Shown: positions 1-14,815 of the stretch, one piece after another
How the letters are laid out: each line of letters begins with the position of its first letter
Numbering within the stretch: position 1 is the first letter of the stretch
Assembly: GCF_009914755.1 (NCBI RefSeq)
Contig: NC_060927.1
DNA length: 64,000 nt
DNA from: the human T2T-CHM13v2.0 reference genome, Homo sapiens
Strand: one strand, 5' to 3'
The notes under the pieces: model-generated
Told to the model about the DNA's origin: nothing
The model's database searches: none
Seen by the model: the letters and a program-made list of their open reading frames with translations, nothing else
Program-made: the position numbers and the translations under genes

Positions 1-256
1 GGAACAAACTGGATCCCAATGATCAGTACAAGTTCTACTCAGTGAATGTGGATTACAGCAAACTAAAGAAAGAAGGTCCAGATTTCTAAATGAAATGTTT
101 CACTATAAAGCTACTTTAGAATGAAGGTCTTCCAGAAGCCATCTGCACAATTTTCAACTTAACAAGGAAATATTTCTCCTCTAAATGCATGAAATCATGT
201 TGATGTAATCTATTGGAGATTATACTGATTAATAAATAACAAACTTGAAAATAAAA
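1..256 (+). pseudogene. NDUFA4P: Processed pseudogene of NDUFA4/COXFA4 (3' part; 5' part lies outside the window)
   Basis: 3..89 translates (W)[28 protein letters not shown], matching the NDUFA4 C-terminus (human [29 protein letters not shown]). No intron at the QYK|FYS junction (32/33), where I recall the parent's last intron. NDUFA4-like 3'UTR, AATAAA at 231-236, decayed A-tail at 248-256. Confidence 0.93.
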
Positions 257-1352
257 CAGGTGCCATAAAATCTTTTCATTTACTAATGAGCTACTAAATT
301 AACTGCCCCATTCTGAAGAGAGATCAGGCTTATTTCTGAGAATGTAGAGAGCATGGTGCTTCTACACTTGTCTTATGATGCACAGCTTTGATCTTGTGAA
401 GAAAACCTAAATTATCAGTTTTTCTCATGTGTGTTTTGGAATAAAAATTATCCACTTGACAGTGGAAACAAAGGGAGAGGATATTCTAAAGCAAAAATTA
501 ATCATTTCGTTGAACTAAGATCCTTGCTGTCATAGAACAATGTCAGATCCCTAAAATGTAAAACATGCACCTTTATGCCTACATCCTTGCAAATTTGCTC
601 CTGGGAATGGTAATGCAAATAAAATCTGGCCCATTTGTTATGGATTGCTTTGAACCAATTTAATTGAGTTACTGACCTATTAAAAGAAACCATTTTAAGT
701 TGAAATATTAAAATGGAGGATTCAACCAATGTTTGCTAAAGACTATATGGCCCATTATCCCAAAAAGATAATTACATTCAAATATTATAGTCAAACTTTA
801 TCTTAAATTCAGAAATTTTGTTTTTCTCCTGGCATTAAACAGGTAGCCACCCTTCTTTTATCTTCTTAGTTCTTGTATAATATTTTGGAAATACTTGCAA
901 TGATTTTCACTATCAACCCTGAATGTTAATAGTGGGGAAATTAATCCTTCTGGGTATTAATTATGTAAAAAGTACTCTGGGGTTGTGGGGAAGTGTTTGT
1001 TATAGTACTGAATTAATGATTAAATACTACCTATCAAATATAGTGAGTAAGTATAATATTATCATCAAAGGTATTTGCAGAAAATTCTCATGTGAAATTT
1101 ACAGTTGAACTCCTTGCAATTGGTTCTAATCTTCTAGGATCTCTCAACAGAAAGGGAGAAATCAACTACATGGAAAAGAACTTAAAAAAATCAATTCCAT
1201 CTGTGTTCAGGTCTTCACAATCTAGGCTTAGGAAAACAAATGTTTTAAAGTGATAACTGGTTAAACTGTTATTTTTGTTAGCATTGGTTTTATCTTAAGG
1301 CTGATTTATCTAGTGCCCTCAAGAGGGCTACAGTTGTGTCAGACATCATATC

Positions 1353-1937
1353 TGTGTTAGGGATCCCTAAGACCACCCTCAGGTTCAATAATTCACTTGA
1401 AGGACTCAGAGAGCTCAAAAGCTGTCATACTCTTGGAGTTTTTTACATTGGAAAGATGATATTGAAATCAGCAAAGGAAAAATGCACATGGGGCACAATC
1501 TGGCAGACATCAGGTACAAGCTTCTAGGTGTTTTCTCTCTTTGGGGCTGCATAATGTGTTTAATTTTCTTGGTACAAATAAGTAACAATACACTCTAAGC
1601 ATTGCCAATGTGGCTTTGTGTCAAGAAATCTTATTGGGGGTCATTTATGTAGGCCATGCACACCAACATGACTGACGCTACCTTCTCAGACTCCAGACCC
1701 CCGGAGCAGAAACAGGTATTCACCATAAATCCCACTGTTAACTAACCATCCTGTCAAGTTGGTACAGAACAGCCCAAGGCCTCAGGCATACAAAAAACTC
1801 TTATCAGGGAGAACATTCCAAGGGCTCAGAGCTCAGTAACCAGAAGCCAACCAAAGCCAATCTTGAGAACAGGCCCTTATTGGAAATGTACAGTATTTGA
1901 TTAATTGAGGAATGCTGAATTAAATGTTTCCTGCACA
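1353..1937 (-). mobile_element. Solo LTR, MER77/MER68/MER21 family
   Basis: TG...CA ends; diagnostic GGGATCCCTAAGACCACCCTCAGGTTCAATAATTCACTTGAAGGACTCA and TCAGCAAAGGAAAAATGCACATGGGG; ends ...CCTGCACA; about 585 bp. Confidence 0.75.
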
Positions 1938-2275
1938 ATATCAGACAAAGGAAAGGAATTTTCACCTCTAGAGTCTCTTTTATAAGAGTCAGGGACGTAT
2001 TCTCAGCTACCATCTGGCAGATCCTCCCCAGGGTTTCATATATCCAAAACAATCCCAATGAAGAAAAATGGAATGTTATGATTGGCTAGAATATCGAACT
2101 GGTGTTATTTTACATGAGGGGAACACCTAAGCACAATTGGAGTTCTCTTATGAAGAGGGAAGGAGAGAAGTGCACATTGAATTGTTAAACATTTTCCTAC
2201 AGCAAGCTTTAATACTGTTGATTCTGATAGAACAAAATATAGAGGCATAAGCAATGAAACTATGTCTTTATTATT

Positions 2276-2350
2276 AATATGCATATATGCATATACATAC
2301 ATATACAAATATATATGTGTATCAGTTATATATATGTGCATGTGCATATA
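2276..2350. repeat. Imperfect (TA/CA/TG)n simple repeat
   Basis: Alternating purine-pyrimidine run ATATGCATATATGCATATACATAC... Confidence 0.6.
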
Positions 2351-3379
2351 TTAAAAATATGCTCTCTATAGATACAATAATGTTCTGTGTAAGAAAAAGA
2401 AATTAGAAATAGATTGGAATACTGTATTAGGTTACTTTTAATTAAATATTCTTACTGTCAAATTTGAGGTTCCCTGCAGTATCATCCTTTTTATGTTTTT
2501 CTGAATAGACTAACTTCTCATTTTCCTACTCTTGCCACCAAACGTTTTTTCAATTCCCTAGAAAATAATTGCTAAAAACTCATGAAATATTAATGCCCCT
2601 CTGGATCCCACTTTATTCATTCCCAGTAGCTTAAGTTCCCTTATCCAAGCTTTTAGAGGAAACTGATGAACGTAACAATTGTCTCTTGTCCTGAATACCT
2701 TTTATTTATCTTGCAGTGCTTCCTAATACCCTTTGTCCTGGTGCCTAATATTCTCTCCATCCAATCTAAATAAATTAATTCATCTTACGTATTTCTTATC
2801 TAACTTCACAGATGCTTGAAATTTTGTTTGACTTTGGAAAAAGTATCAATGTTTAAATCAAGGAAATAATAAACTCCTTTTTTAACTCTAGACAGACAAT
2901 TTTGAAGAGAAGTCTCAAGTGATATATGCTGTTACTAGTGCTACAGAAAACCCTTTGATTCCTTGCAAAGCTGGAAGCTCCCATTGTATCTATTGTGTGT
3001 TTTTTTTCTCCCAACACCATGGTCCATTTAGAAAGAATTCAACTATAAGCTTTAATACCTGAAGAGGTGGGAAAATATGAAAACAGAGTCTTGTTGAGGA
3101 GACAATATATTTAATTAACAAATCAGAGTCTGACAAGAGGCATTTAAAGATTTTCATAACTGGCCCCACGTGCTTTTTTACCCTATGTGACTTCCTTTTC
3201 CCTCTTTATTTCTCACACCTCTACGTTGCGTACAGGCCCATATTACCAAATTCTCAAATAGGATGTGGAGAATATTTAGTCCTCTATTTCTTTTCAATTC
3301 CCATTTCTATTTCTTTTATTATTACATTCCATTTCTTTCTTTTCAATTCTTGTTATATGTAGGGACCAGCCAGTTATCT

Positions 3380-3592
3380 CATCTGTTTGGATACCTTCTT
3401 ACTCTTTTATTTAGTTAGCTCAAATGTAAAATTTTGCAAGGGACCTTTCTGATTTCCCTAGATGAGATCAATTACTTGCTCTTCTAAGGTGGCACAGGAC
3501 CAAGTACAAATCTCTACTAGATCTTATCACATTATATACACTATGTATACCTTCTATACTTAGCACAGTATCTGGCTTATAGTAGATGTTCA
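3380..3592 (+). mobile_element. L2 3'-end fragment (ancient)
   Basis: CTCAAATGT...CCTTTCTGA and CTTAGCACAGTATCTGGCTTATAGTAGATGTTCAG resemble the L2 tail. Confidence 0.45.
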
Positions 3593-4598
3593 GCCCATCT
3601 GGGGACTGGGAGAAGTTTAAAGGAATACACCACCTGTAAATACTAAGGGCTATTATAAATTAGACAAACAAGTGGGTAGAAGAGCAGTGTTGTGACTTAG
3701 AGGAATCTTCAAAAGAAGTAATGTACAAAGCTAGCTCTTACAAGATAAATTGAATTCCACTAGCTGGGGAATTACAAGATAGACACTACAAACAGAAATA
3801 ATTAATAGAGAAATAATTTATTTCATCAATGCAATGTTTTTTCTACCAGCAAGAAACTCATAGAGATATGTTTAAATAAAAAGATAAGTGTCTTAAGAAG
3901 TTATCTACATCTATATCATTTATATCTATACTTATACCTATATGTCTATTTCTTAAAACCAAAGTAGGGCCTTACAAATGGCCCAACCCAGAGACTAAAA
4001 CCCTGCTGAGGCTCCCTCTTTCATTCTTTTCCTTGAAGACCAACATTATCTGTTATTTTTATCTACATGTGGGTAGGATAGGTACAAGGGATGTGAAAAA
4101 CGTGGTTATAAGTCAGATTCAGCTTCTAACGTATGACCCTGGAGTGTGTCAAATAGGATGCCTCAGAGTACTCACAGGTACCCAAGAGTGGGTTTTATCA
4201 ATAAATACGAGAGCTTATCTTCTCCAAACTTGTCCCAGAATTAACTCCTTATCTGGCTTTATTCCCTGTCACAGCCACCTCCTTTGAAATATCCATATTT
4301 TTCTCTCTAACATTGATTTATATACAACCACTTTTTGTGAAACTAATGAGTTTCTTCTTAAATGCTTCAAACTCTCTCAACCTATTCTTAATAATATGTA
4401 CAAGAAAGCTTCTCAGAGCCTGTCAACTAAGCCTCATCAGCCAGACTCTAAGCGTGGTCAACACAATATGTTAGTCAGGGAAGTGTTTCAGAGCCCTCCT
4501 CTTTTCAGATTCTGATGATGAATCTTGATCGTACCACTCTTTGCATTAGTCTTGATATTTTCTGGCTAAGAATTTCTGCTATTCTTGAAGATATAGAA

Positions 4599-4730
4599 TT
4601 GCATTGTGCAATACGGTAGCCACTAGCTTCAAGTGACTCTCTCAGTTAAATTTAAATTAATTAAAATTAAATTAAATTAAATTTTAGTCCCTTAACTACA
4701 TTAGCCAGGATTCAAATGCTCAATAGCAAC
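4599..4730 (-). mobile_element. MER3/MER33 (hAT-Charlie) fragment
   Basis: TGTGCAATACGGTAGCCACTAGC...TTAAATTTAAATTAATTAAAATTAAA...TTCAAATGCTCAATAGC. Confidence 0.75.
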
Positions 4731-7700
4731 AAGATTCCACTGGTACTGTTTCAGTCAATCATAAGGTTAATGGCAGCATCTGTTCTTTCACCCGCCCAAA
4801 GAGGTAGGTATGGATTCACTCCTACTCCCTTACTGTTAAGTGAATTTTTAATCACCTTTCACAGAGATGTTACTGGGTGGGCACTAATAAAATTCTATCT
4901 GCAAAAATAATTTAAAATGATTATTACATTATAGTAAAATATTAATACAAGGTGATACTGAGGAATGCTTTTTCTCAATTCCTGATGTTTTCTCCTGACA
5001 AATAGAAATCTCCTTATGTAAAAGTTCTGTTTTCATTCAGCTCCATCAATTATTGGTATACAGGAAGGAGGAGTTACCTATCTTACTGGTTCAACTGGGA
5101 TGAGGAACTGAACGTACTTCCCATGGTTTTTTCTCTTTCCTTGTTTTCTGGGAAGTTATCTGCCTACATGGGGTATGTGCTCCCAGGTGATCTCAGTTAT
5201 GTGGTGTCTCTCCAGAGTGGAGGGCCTGGAATGGCCCATTGCCTCTAGTGACTGAGCTGGAGCATCTTTCAGTATCAGTAAGCCTACTAGGTCAGAGATA
5301 ACAGTCACTTTTTCCCATATTCACTTTATTAGTAAGAAAGATGATTGTTTCCATCAGTCTTATTCCTTATACTTTAATTTCTTGAAAGCTCAGGTATAAA
5401 GGATGCTCTCTCTTAAAGAGACACCATCAAATACTGACAGATGAGATCAGACAGTTGAAATTTCTCTCTAAAATAAAAGCTTTAAAAAACAAGCTGCTAT
5501 AATTAACAGCAATATTTCTTCTATAAGTCATTTCCATCTATTTAAAGAATACTGTTGATTGTCCTGACTACAAACTGAAGTGTATTTACTTTTGTAGAAA
5601 ATTGAGAAAATTACTTCCTTATATACAATTTTAAATATTAATTTAAAAATCATATACTAAATGTCTAAGAAATGTAAAATTGTTTTCAACTTCTGGTATT
5701 TTTTCAGGCTTATAAAGTATGCAAACCTTTGTACAAACTAAAAGCAGATTGATCATTTGCATAACAACATAATTTCTTAGATGCATTCTGTGGTGTTTTC
5801 AAAACTTTTATTGGTGGAAAATTATCAGCAAATAAAGTCTTTCAGTGGTAGACTATGTAGAAGTAATTCTAATTTTTTACACGATCATTTTATTAAGGCA
5901 TCAAATGTATTCGAATTAACCTAATAACAATGTATTTTATGATCTGAATTGGAGAGCGGGAATAAGAGGCGAAAGATTAGGAGATAAAGTATACTGGAAA
6001 AGTCAGGGTTCTTCTCACAATGCTCAAATTACAATTGCCAGTATTCAATTCCATTTTATGGTACTTTGGTTGTCAGAAACTGTCACCAATGTCGTGTAAT
6101 AAAATATTTCTGTAAGACTTTCTTAAAATTCAATGCCATTGTCTTGCAGGCATTCCAGTATCGCACTTCTCATATATATCAACATTTTTTTAGAGCTAAA
6201 GAAGGAAGAACAGAGTTTGTAAAGTTGAGGTTGTTTCTGCAGTGAACAGGAAAGTTCCTGTTTATATTAAAAACAAGATAAACTAACAAGAGTCATCACT
6301 TTGTATCTCAATGTTTCCAATTTGAATGTCTGAAGCTTTCTAAGTATAAATGAATGTTCTGAAAATATGCAAATGTTTTCTAGAAATTCTTTTTTTTTCA
6401 ATTTCACTTTTGTCCTTGATAAGATCACAGACCCTTACAATCAGAGCTCAGATGAGTTTTTCAGGGCTTCTATATATAGAATATTCAGTAAATACTTGGA
6501 TGCCATATGCAGTTAAAGATTCAAGGGGTACTGCTTCTGAAAGAATTAAAACCTGTTTGTTTCCTATAATGAGTCTTTCTCACAGCAGTTACTTATTACT
6601 GATGAGTAATTCAGGTGTTAATAGCTGTATAGTCCAGATCTTCTTGTTCTGCTTGGCCAGAGAAATAGACATGAAATTATGCTTATAAATAACAAATTTG
6701 TTGAAACTTTTATTAAGGAGAGAATATTTTGATAATATGCCTAATCTCATTCTACATGAATTCTTTTTTAGTTCTGTTATTTTATACCACATTTAAAGCT
6801 TAAATTGGGACAATCAATTAACTAAATATTTGTCAAAATACCATATGGTTTTTTGTGCTGTAAACAAAATATATCACTGACATACATTTCTGGTACCTGA
6901 GGAGAATTCCCTTAGAAAAGGAAAGAAGAGATACATGAGAATAAAATGCATGTTATTAAATATTCAATAACAATTGGCATGGGCAACAGTTATGTGCCTC
7001 TTTGAAAAATACAACAAATATTGCAATAGACAGGCTAGAGGTCAAATTAGACAGGTTACAATTACAGGAAGACTAATAAGATACTCCAAGTGTTTATAAA
7101 CCTGCCCTTGGGATGCTTAAATCAAAGAAAAGATGACTAAGCAAACCTAATTGGCCTATATATAGCTTTCTTATTACAACCACAGAATTCTTTGTGTCAG
7201 GTTTTTATTTTTAAATGCATATTGTCCGGTTTTTGAAAAACAACTAAGAGGCATGAAAACTGAAAAAAGTATTCGACATTTTAAAATTTCAGTATTTTAC
7301 TTTCCAGAGGAGCTAGGAAAGAAAATGCTTTAAGTAGGAGCACATCAAAACGTCAGTGGGACAGACAATTTCCCATGGAAAATGGGGTACAATGAATTAT
7401 ATAAAAGTACTGTCTTTGAACTTATTCTGCCTGCATTTCCTCCTGAAAAATATGTGGCTGTTTGTGCCTCTGTAAATTAAACCAGATTTGGGATAAATAT
7501 TAAAGCATATGTAGAATAGCTAAAGAGAAATAATTACTAACTTCAAATGGATACTCAGATGATAGTGGAAAGAGTGGCTCTGATTGAATATTATTCAGTA
7601 TAAATTTCAAATCATGTCATACACTAATGTAGGGGAATTCTTCACTTTTGAGACTTCTTAGCATATGCGCACCTTTTCTTTAGGAAATTCCCTAACTTTG

Positions 7701-8399
7701 GAGCCTTAGTGAAGGGCAAAAACTGTCTGCCATGACTGAAGTTGAAAATGGTAGATACTCTCTTATCTTCCTCTGCAGCTAGTCTGTGGTCATATGACCT
7801 GGGCTAAGTAGTGCTTTTATTTAGAACTCAGTGCTGCAGACAATCAGGGATAATGGCAGCATCCTGTTTCCAGGGGCAGCTGTGAACATAATGTGAGTTC
7901 TGAGAAGAAAGCATAGTGTCAAAAAATAAATAAATCAAACAGATTTAAGAACTATGCCAAGGAAATAATTTGAGCTGTGTTTATGGCAAAGAGACTTCTC
8001 TGGAAGGAAGTTAATCAGAAGCCTACTGTGATTCTGAAGGATTGGCATTGTCAAAAAATTCCAAAAGTTGATCTAAAAATTATTTGAATGATTGAGCCTT
8101 AAAATAGTACTCTGGCTTACAAAAGTTAAAGAGTAAGATGCAGGCTGCTAAAGCTACAAATTCTCAAAACATCCATGTTAGATGTAGTCATTGAGGATAT
8201 AGGTGAAGTTCTTGGAGTTGGGAGCAGGGTTCTGGGAAGACAATGGACAAGTGAGTTTTTCCCAGGGAACATAATAGAAAAAATTTTTTTAATCCCAAGT
8301 ACATAACTGTCTATGAAGGGAGGAGTACTTCTTTCTGTTTTCATAGATTACAGGAATAGAGGAATCTCTTCCAGATTCAATGGAGAAACCTCACATTGA

Positions 8400-8940
8400 G
8401 AATATGAACATTGAACTGAATACATTAGGCAGGTGAGACTTTGGGTTACCCTCCCTCTGTTGCTGGGATTCTGATCTGAGGGGAGGAAGACTTTCCACCG
8501 GTATTTGATAGCCAGATTTGGCATAGATGCATAGCTGTAATCAAAAAATGTATGCCTCTTTTTATGGACTACAATTCTTTCTGGAAACATATTGCAGTCA
8601 ACTATATTTCCACCCTTCTCCACCCTAATCACTGACTATTGAAAGTATGTGAGGCTATTGTTGTCACCAATTATGTGGAAGCAGAAGTGATGGGTTTCAT
8701 TTCTGAGCCAATCTAGTTAAGAAGATTACAGATTTCTCCATTCTCTTTCTTCTTTAATATTCAAGGTGTATGTCAATGTGAACTGCATACTGGGATTCAT
8801 GTAGTGAACATGTAAAATCCTACGTAAGCCTCTATCCTTTAATAATAGCCATGAGTATAGGCTGCCTCCACCCCACTATCAATCTGAAACACAAATATTG
8901 GCATTTGTCTGAATACAAAAATTAACTGACTACCTAGTGT
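8400..8940 (+). mobile_element. Ancient MaLR LTR (MLT1-like)
   Basis: CCAATTATGTGGAAGCAGAAGTGATGGGTTTCATTTCTGAGCC resembles the MLT1 core; highly diverged. Confidence 0.35.
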
Positions 8941-9795
8941 CACAATTCACAGATATGTTAACCTAACGTTAACTTAATTAAAATGCCCCTTAGCTACTTC
9001 AGAGATGTGTAAAATGACTCATTACCCTTACTATCAGCTTATAGTTATATTGAAATAGCCATCTTGCTAATAATATTAGGTTGGAGCAAAAGTAATTGCA
9101 GTTTTAGGCTTTGAATTTTAAATAATTATAACTAGGCTCAAACACATCCTTATTAGTCAAAATAGGAACGATTATAAACAACACACTTTTGCCAACAAAA
9201 AATAAGTTTTTTTATCCTGTAGCATAAAAATCCATGCTTCGGGATTTAACCAACTCACGGAAAGCATTTTCTGCATTCTGCTGGTTGTGGAAGCATTTTC
9301 CCTACAAAAAGTTGTCCAGATGGTTGAAGAAATCGTAGTCAATTGGCGAGAGGTCAGGTGAATGTGGCAGATGAGGCAAAACTTCACAGCACAATTCGTT
9401 CAACATTTGAAGTGTTGGTTGTGCAACATGTGGTTGGGCATTGTCGTGGAGAAGAATTGGGACCTTTCTGTTGACCAAAGGCAGCTGCAGGCATTGTAGT
9501 TTTTGGTGTATCTCATGGATTTGCTGAGTATACTTCTCAGATATAATGGTTTCACCAGGATTCAGGAAGCTGGAGTTGATCAGACCTGCAGGAGAGCGCC
9601 AAATAGTGAAAATGATTTTTTTTTTTTTTTTTTTTTGGCTTTGGGAAGTGCTTTGAAGCTTCTTCTCAGTCCAACCACAGAGCTGGTCATTGTTGGTTGT
9701 TGTATAAAATGTACTTTTCATTGCACGTCACAATTCGATCAAGAAATGGTTTGTTGTTGTTGGGTAGAATAAGAGAAGACAACACTTAAAAACAA

Positions 9796-10157
<362 letters not shown>

Positions 10158-10397
10158 TGATTTTTTTTTATCTTCACTCAGCTCATAAGGCACCCACTTA
10201 CTGAGCTTCTTCACTTTTCCAATTGCTTCAAATGCTGAATGACCATAAAATGGTAAATGTTGAGTTATTCCGCAACTTCTCATGTGGTTGTAAGAGGACC
10301 AGCTTTGGTGATTGCTTTCAACTGGCTGCTGTCAACTTCCAGGCTGGCCACTACACTCCTTATCTTCAAGGATCTCGTCTCCTTTGCAAAACCTCTT

Positions 10398-10426
10398 TTT
10401 TTTTTTTCTTTTGGATCACTTCCGAG
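10398..10426 (-). mobile_element. Minimal retroposed insert: 14 nt + A-tail with 12-bp TSD
   Basis: Minus strand reads AAGAAGTTTTGC [CTCGGAAGTGATCC AAAAGAAAAAAAAAA] AAGAGGTTTTGC. TSD copies at 10386-10397 and 10427-10438. Confidence 0.82.
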
Positions 10427-10772
10427 GCAAAACTTCTTGAACCACCACTGCACTGAACGTTTGTTAGCAGTCCCTGGGTCCACTGTGTTGTTGATGTTGC
10501 AAGTTGACTCTGCTGTTTAATCACCCATTTTGAACTTGAATAAAGAAAATTGTTCCAATCTGCTTTTGTGTAACATTATTTCCATAGTCTAAAATAAACA
10601 CAAAATAAACAGCAAGTAATAAGTCATTAACAAAAAGACGTAAAACAAGAAATGCCCATTAAAATGATGTATAACATAACCACATTTGTTTAAGAATGTA
10701 TTCCACTATCAAACAGCAAATTCCAACAATGCAAAAACCGTAATTATTGTTTTTCTTAAAACATAGAATATA

Positions 10773-11790
<1,018 letters not shown>

Positions 11791-13167
11791 TTCTAGCAAA
11801 TCTGGTTTGCCAGGTAACAGTGACTTAACTTTTATTAACCCATGATTTCCCCGTAATATCTTCGATTATATATTACTCAAAGTAGCCTAAGCTTACGACG
11901 GATAATAAAATAAAATGATAGGATCTCCAAGTCTTCTTTTGTTCACAAAGTATCCCCATTGTCTTTTAATGTTTGTTTTTTAAGGCCTAATTAAAATACA
12001 GCAAAACATACGAATCATTTTAAGGCAGTTGACAAATGTAATCACCATGTAATCATCACACAAATCAAATAATAAACATTTCCATCAACTCAGTAAGTTC
12101 TCTAAGCAACTAACTAGCCAATGTCTCCTTCACTTCACAGAGACTAGAACTGTTCTATTTTTTTGTCTCTACAGATTAAATTTTACCTGTTCTTGAATTT
12201 TATGTAAATAGGGGTCACATAGCCTGTGGTGGTCTTTGTATCTGAGGGCTTTTACTCAAAATATTGTTTTTGAGATTTACCCTTGTTGTTTTACATGTCA
12301 CTAGTCTATTTCTTTTATTGTTGCTTACTTTTCCATTTATGAATATACCACAATTTGTTTAACTATTCTGCTGTTGACAGACCTTTGTGTGGTTTGTAGA
12401 TTTTGGTTATTATGAATAAGGCTGTTAAGAACATCATTGTAAAGATTTTGGTGAATGTAAGTTTTCGTTTATCTTGAGTGAGTTCCTAAGAGTAGAATTG
12501 TTGTATCATACAATAGGCATATGTTTAGTTTTATTGAAAACTTCCAAACAATTTTCCAAAGTGATATTTCATATTCTAGGATGAAACTTATGAATTTCTG
12601 TTAATCTAAATTGTCATTAATATTTGATATTGTTGTTTTTTAAAAAATTCAGCCATTCGATCTATAGTGGTAGTAATTCCCTAAAATTACATTAGCATTT
12701 CTCAGATTATTAGCGATGTTGAACATTACTGCATGTTCTTATTGGCAATTCACATATCTTCTTTTGTGAATGCCTGCTTGTTCAAGTATTTTGCACCATT
12801 TTGTGTGGGTATGAGGGAAAGCTTAATTCATCTTTTATGTTTCAATTTGTAAGAGTTCTCAATGTACTCTCTTTTATTATAATGTAAATATTTTCTTCCA
12901 AACTGTGGCTTGTCTTATTACTTTCTTACTTTATATTTTGATAAGCAGAAGCTTTTAATTTTGGTTGTTTATTTTATTTTTTTCTTTTATGACTTATTAT
13001 TTTTATCTTGCCTAAAAACCTTTGCCTACACCAACTTCACATGCATATTTTCCTTGTTTTTTTCTATAATATTTATAATTTTAGCCTTTACATTTTAGAA
13101 TTATGGCCCAACTTTAAGAGATTAACATTTGCCTGTAATGTAAAGTAAGAATCCATTTTGTATTTTC

Positions 13168-14815
13168 TTTTTTTTTTTTTTTAATTTTTATTTTTATTGA
13201 TCATTCTTGGGTGTTTCTCACAGAGAGGGATTTGGCAGGGTCATAGGACAGTAGTGGAGGGAAGGTCAGCAGATAAACAAGTGAACAAAGGTCTCTGGTT
13301 TTCCTAGGCAGAGGACCCTGAGGCCTTCCGCAGTGTTTGTGTCCCTGGGTACTTGAGATTAGGGAGTGGTGATGACTCTTAACGAGCATGCTGCCTTCAA
13401 GCATCTGTTTAACAAAACACATCTTGCACTGCCCTTAATCCATTTAACCCTGAGTGGACACAGCACATGTTTCAGAGAGCACAGGGTTGGGGGGTAAGGT
13501 CACAGATCAACAGGATCCCAAGGCAGAAGAATTTTTCTTAGTACAGAACAAAATGAAAAGTCTCCCATGCCTACTTCTTTCCACACAGACATGGCAACCA
13601 TCCGATTTCTCAATCTTTTCCCCACCTTTCCCCGCTTTCTATTCCACAAAACCACCATTGTCATCATGGCCTGTTCTAAATGAGCTGTTGGGCACACCTC
13701 CCAGATGGGGTGGTGGCCTGGCAGAGGGGCTCCTCACTTCCCAGTAGGGGCGGCCGGGCAGAGGCACCCCTCACCTCCCGGGTGGGGCGGCTGGCCGGGC
13801 GGGGGGCTGACCTCCCACCTCCCTCCCGGATGGGGCGGCTGGCCGGGTGGGGGCTGACCCCCACCTCCCTCCCGGACGGGGCGGCTGCCGGGCGGAGACG
13901 CTCCTCACTTCCCAGACGGGGTGGCTGCGGGGTGGAGGGGCTCCTCACTTCTCAGACAGGGCGGCTGCCGGGCGGAGGGTCTCCTCACTTCTCAGATAGG
14001 GCAGTTGCCAGGCGGAGGGTCTCCTCCCTTCTCAGATGGGGCGGCTGGGCAGAGACGCTCCTCACCTCCCAGACGGGGTCGCGACCGGGCAGAGGCGCTC
14101 CTCACATCCCAGACGGGGCGGCGGGGCAAAGGCACTCCCCACATCTCAGACGATGGGCGGCCGGGCAGAGACGCTCCTCACTTCCTAGATGGGATGGCGG
14201 CCGGGAAGAGGCGCTCCTCACTTCCTAGATGGGATGGCAGCCGGGCAGAGATGCTCCTCACTTTCCAGACTGGGCAGCCAGGCAGAGGGGCTCCTAACAT
14301 CCCAGACGATGGGCAGCCAGGCAGAGACGCTCCTCACTTCCTAGACAGGGTGGTGGCCGGGCAGAGGCTGCACTCTGGGCACTTTGGGAGGCCAAGGCAG
14401 GTGGCTGGGAGGTGGAGGTTGTAGCGAACCGAGATCACGCCACTGCACTCCAGCCTGGGCACCATTGAGCACTGAGTGAACCAGACACCATCTGCAATCC
14501 TGGCACCTCCGGAGGCCGAGGCTGGCAGATCACTCGCCGTTAGGAGCTGGAGGCCAGCCCGGCCAACACAGTGAAACCCCGTCTCCACCAAAAAAATACG
14601 AAAACCAGTCAGGCGTGGTGGCACGCACCTGCAATCGCAGGGACTCGGCAGGCTGAGGCAGGAGAATCAGGCAGGGAGGTTGCAGTGAGCCGAGATGGCA
14701 GCAGTACAGTCCAGCTTCAGCTCGGCATCAGAGGGAGACCGTGGAAAGAGAGGGAGAGGGAGACCGTGGGGAGAGGGAGAGGAGGGAGAGGGAGAGGGAG
14801 AGGGAGAGGGAGAGC
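13168..14815 (-). mobile_element. Full-length SVA retrotransposon (probably SVA_B-D)
   Basis: On the + strand: poly-T, SINE-R (about 13200-13690), GC-rich VNTR, Alu-like domain, (GGGAGA)n hexamer. Perfect 15-bp TSD CCATTTTGTATTTTC at 13153-13167 and 14816-14830. Confidence 0.97.

Noticed and set aside
6350-6688. 112-aa ORF in non-repeat DNA (also 52344..52664)
   Set aside because: Low-information composition typical of AT-rich DNA; no recognisable domain or gene context.
10419-10426. CTCGGAAG (minus strand) also occurs in 5S rRNA; GGATCACT (plus strand, 10413-10420) resembles Alu
   Set aside because: Matches are only about 8 nt and do not extend; insufficient to assign the source of the micro-insert.
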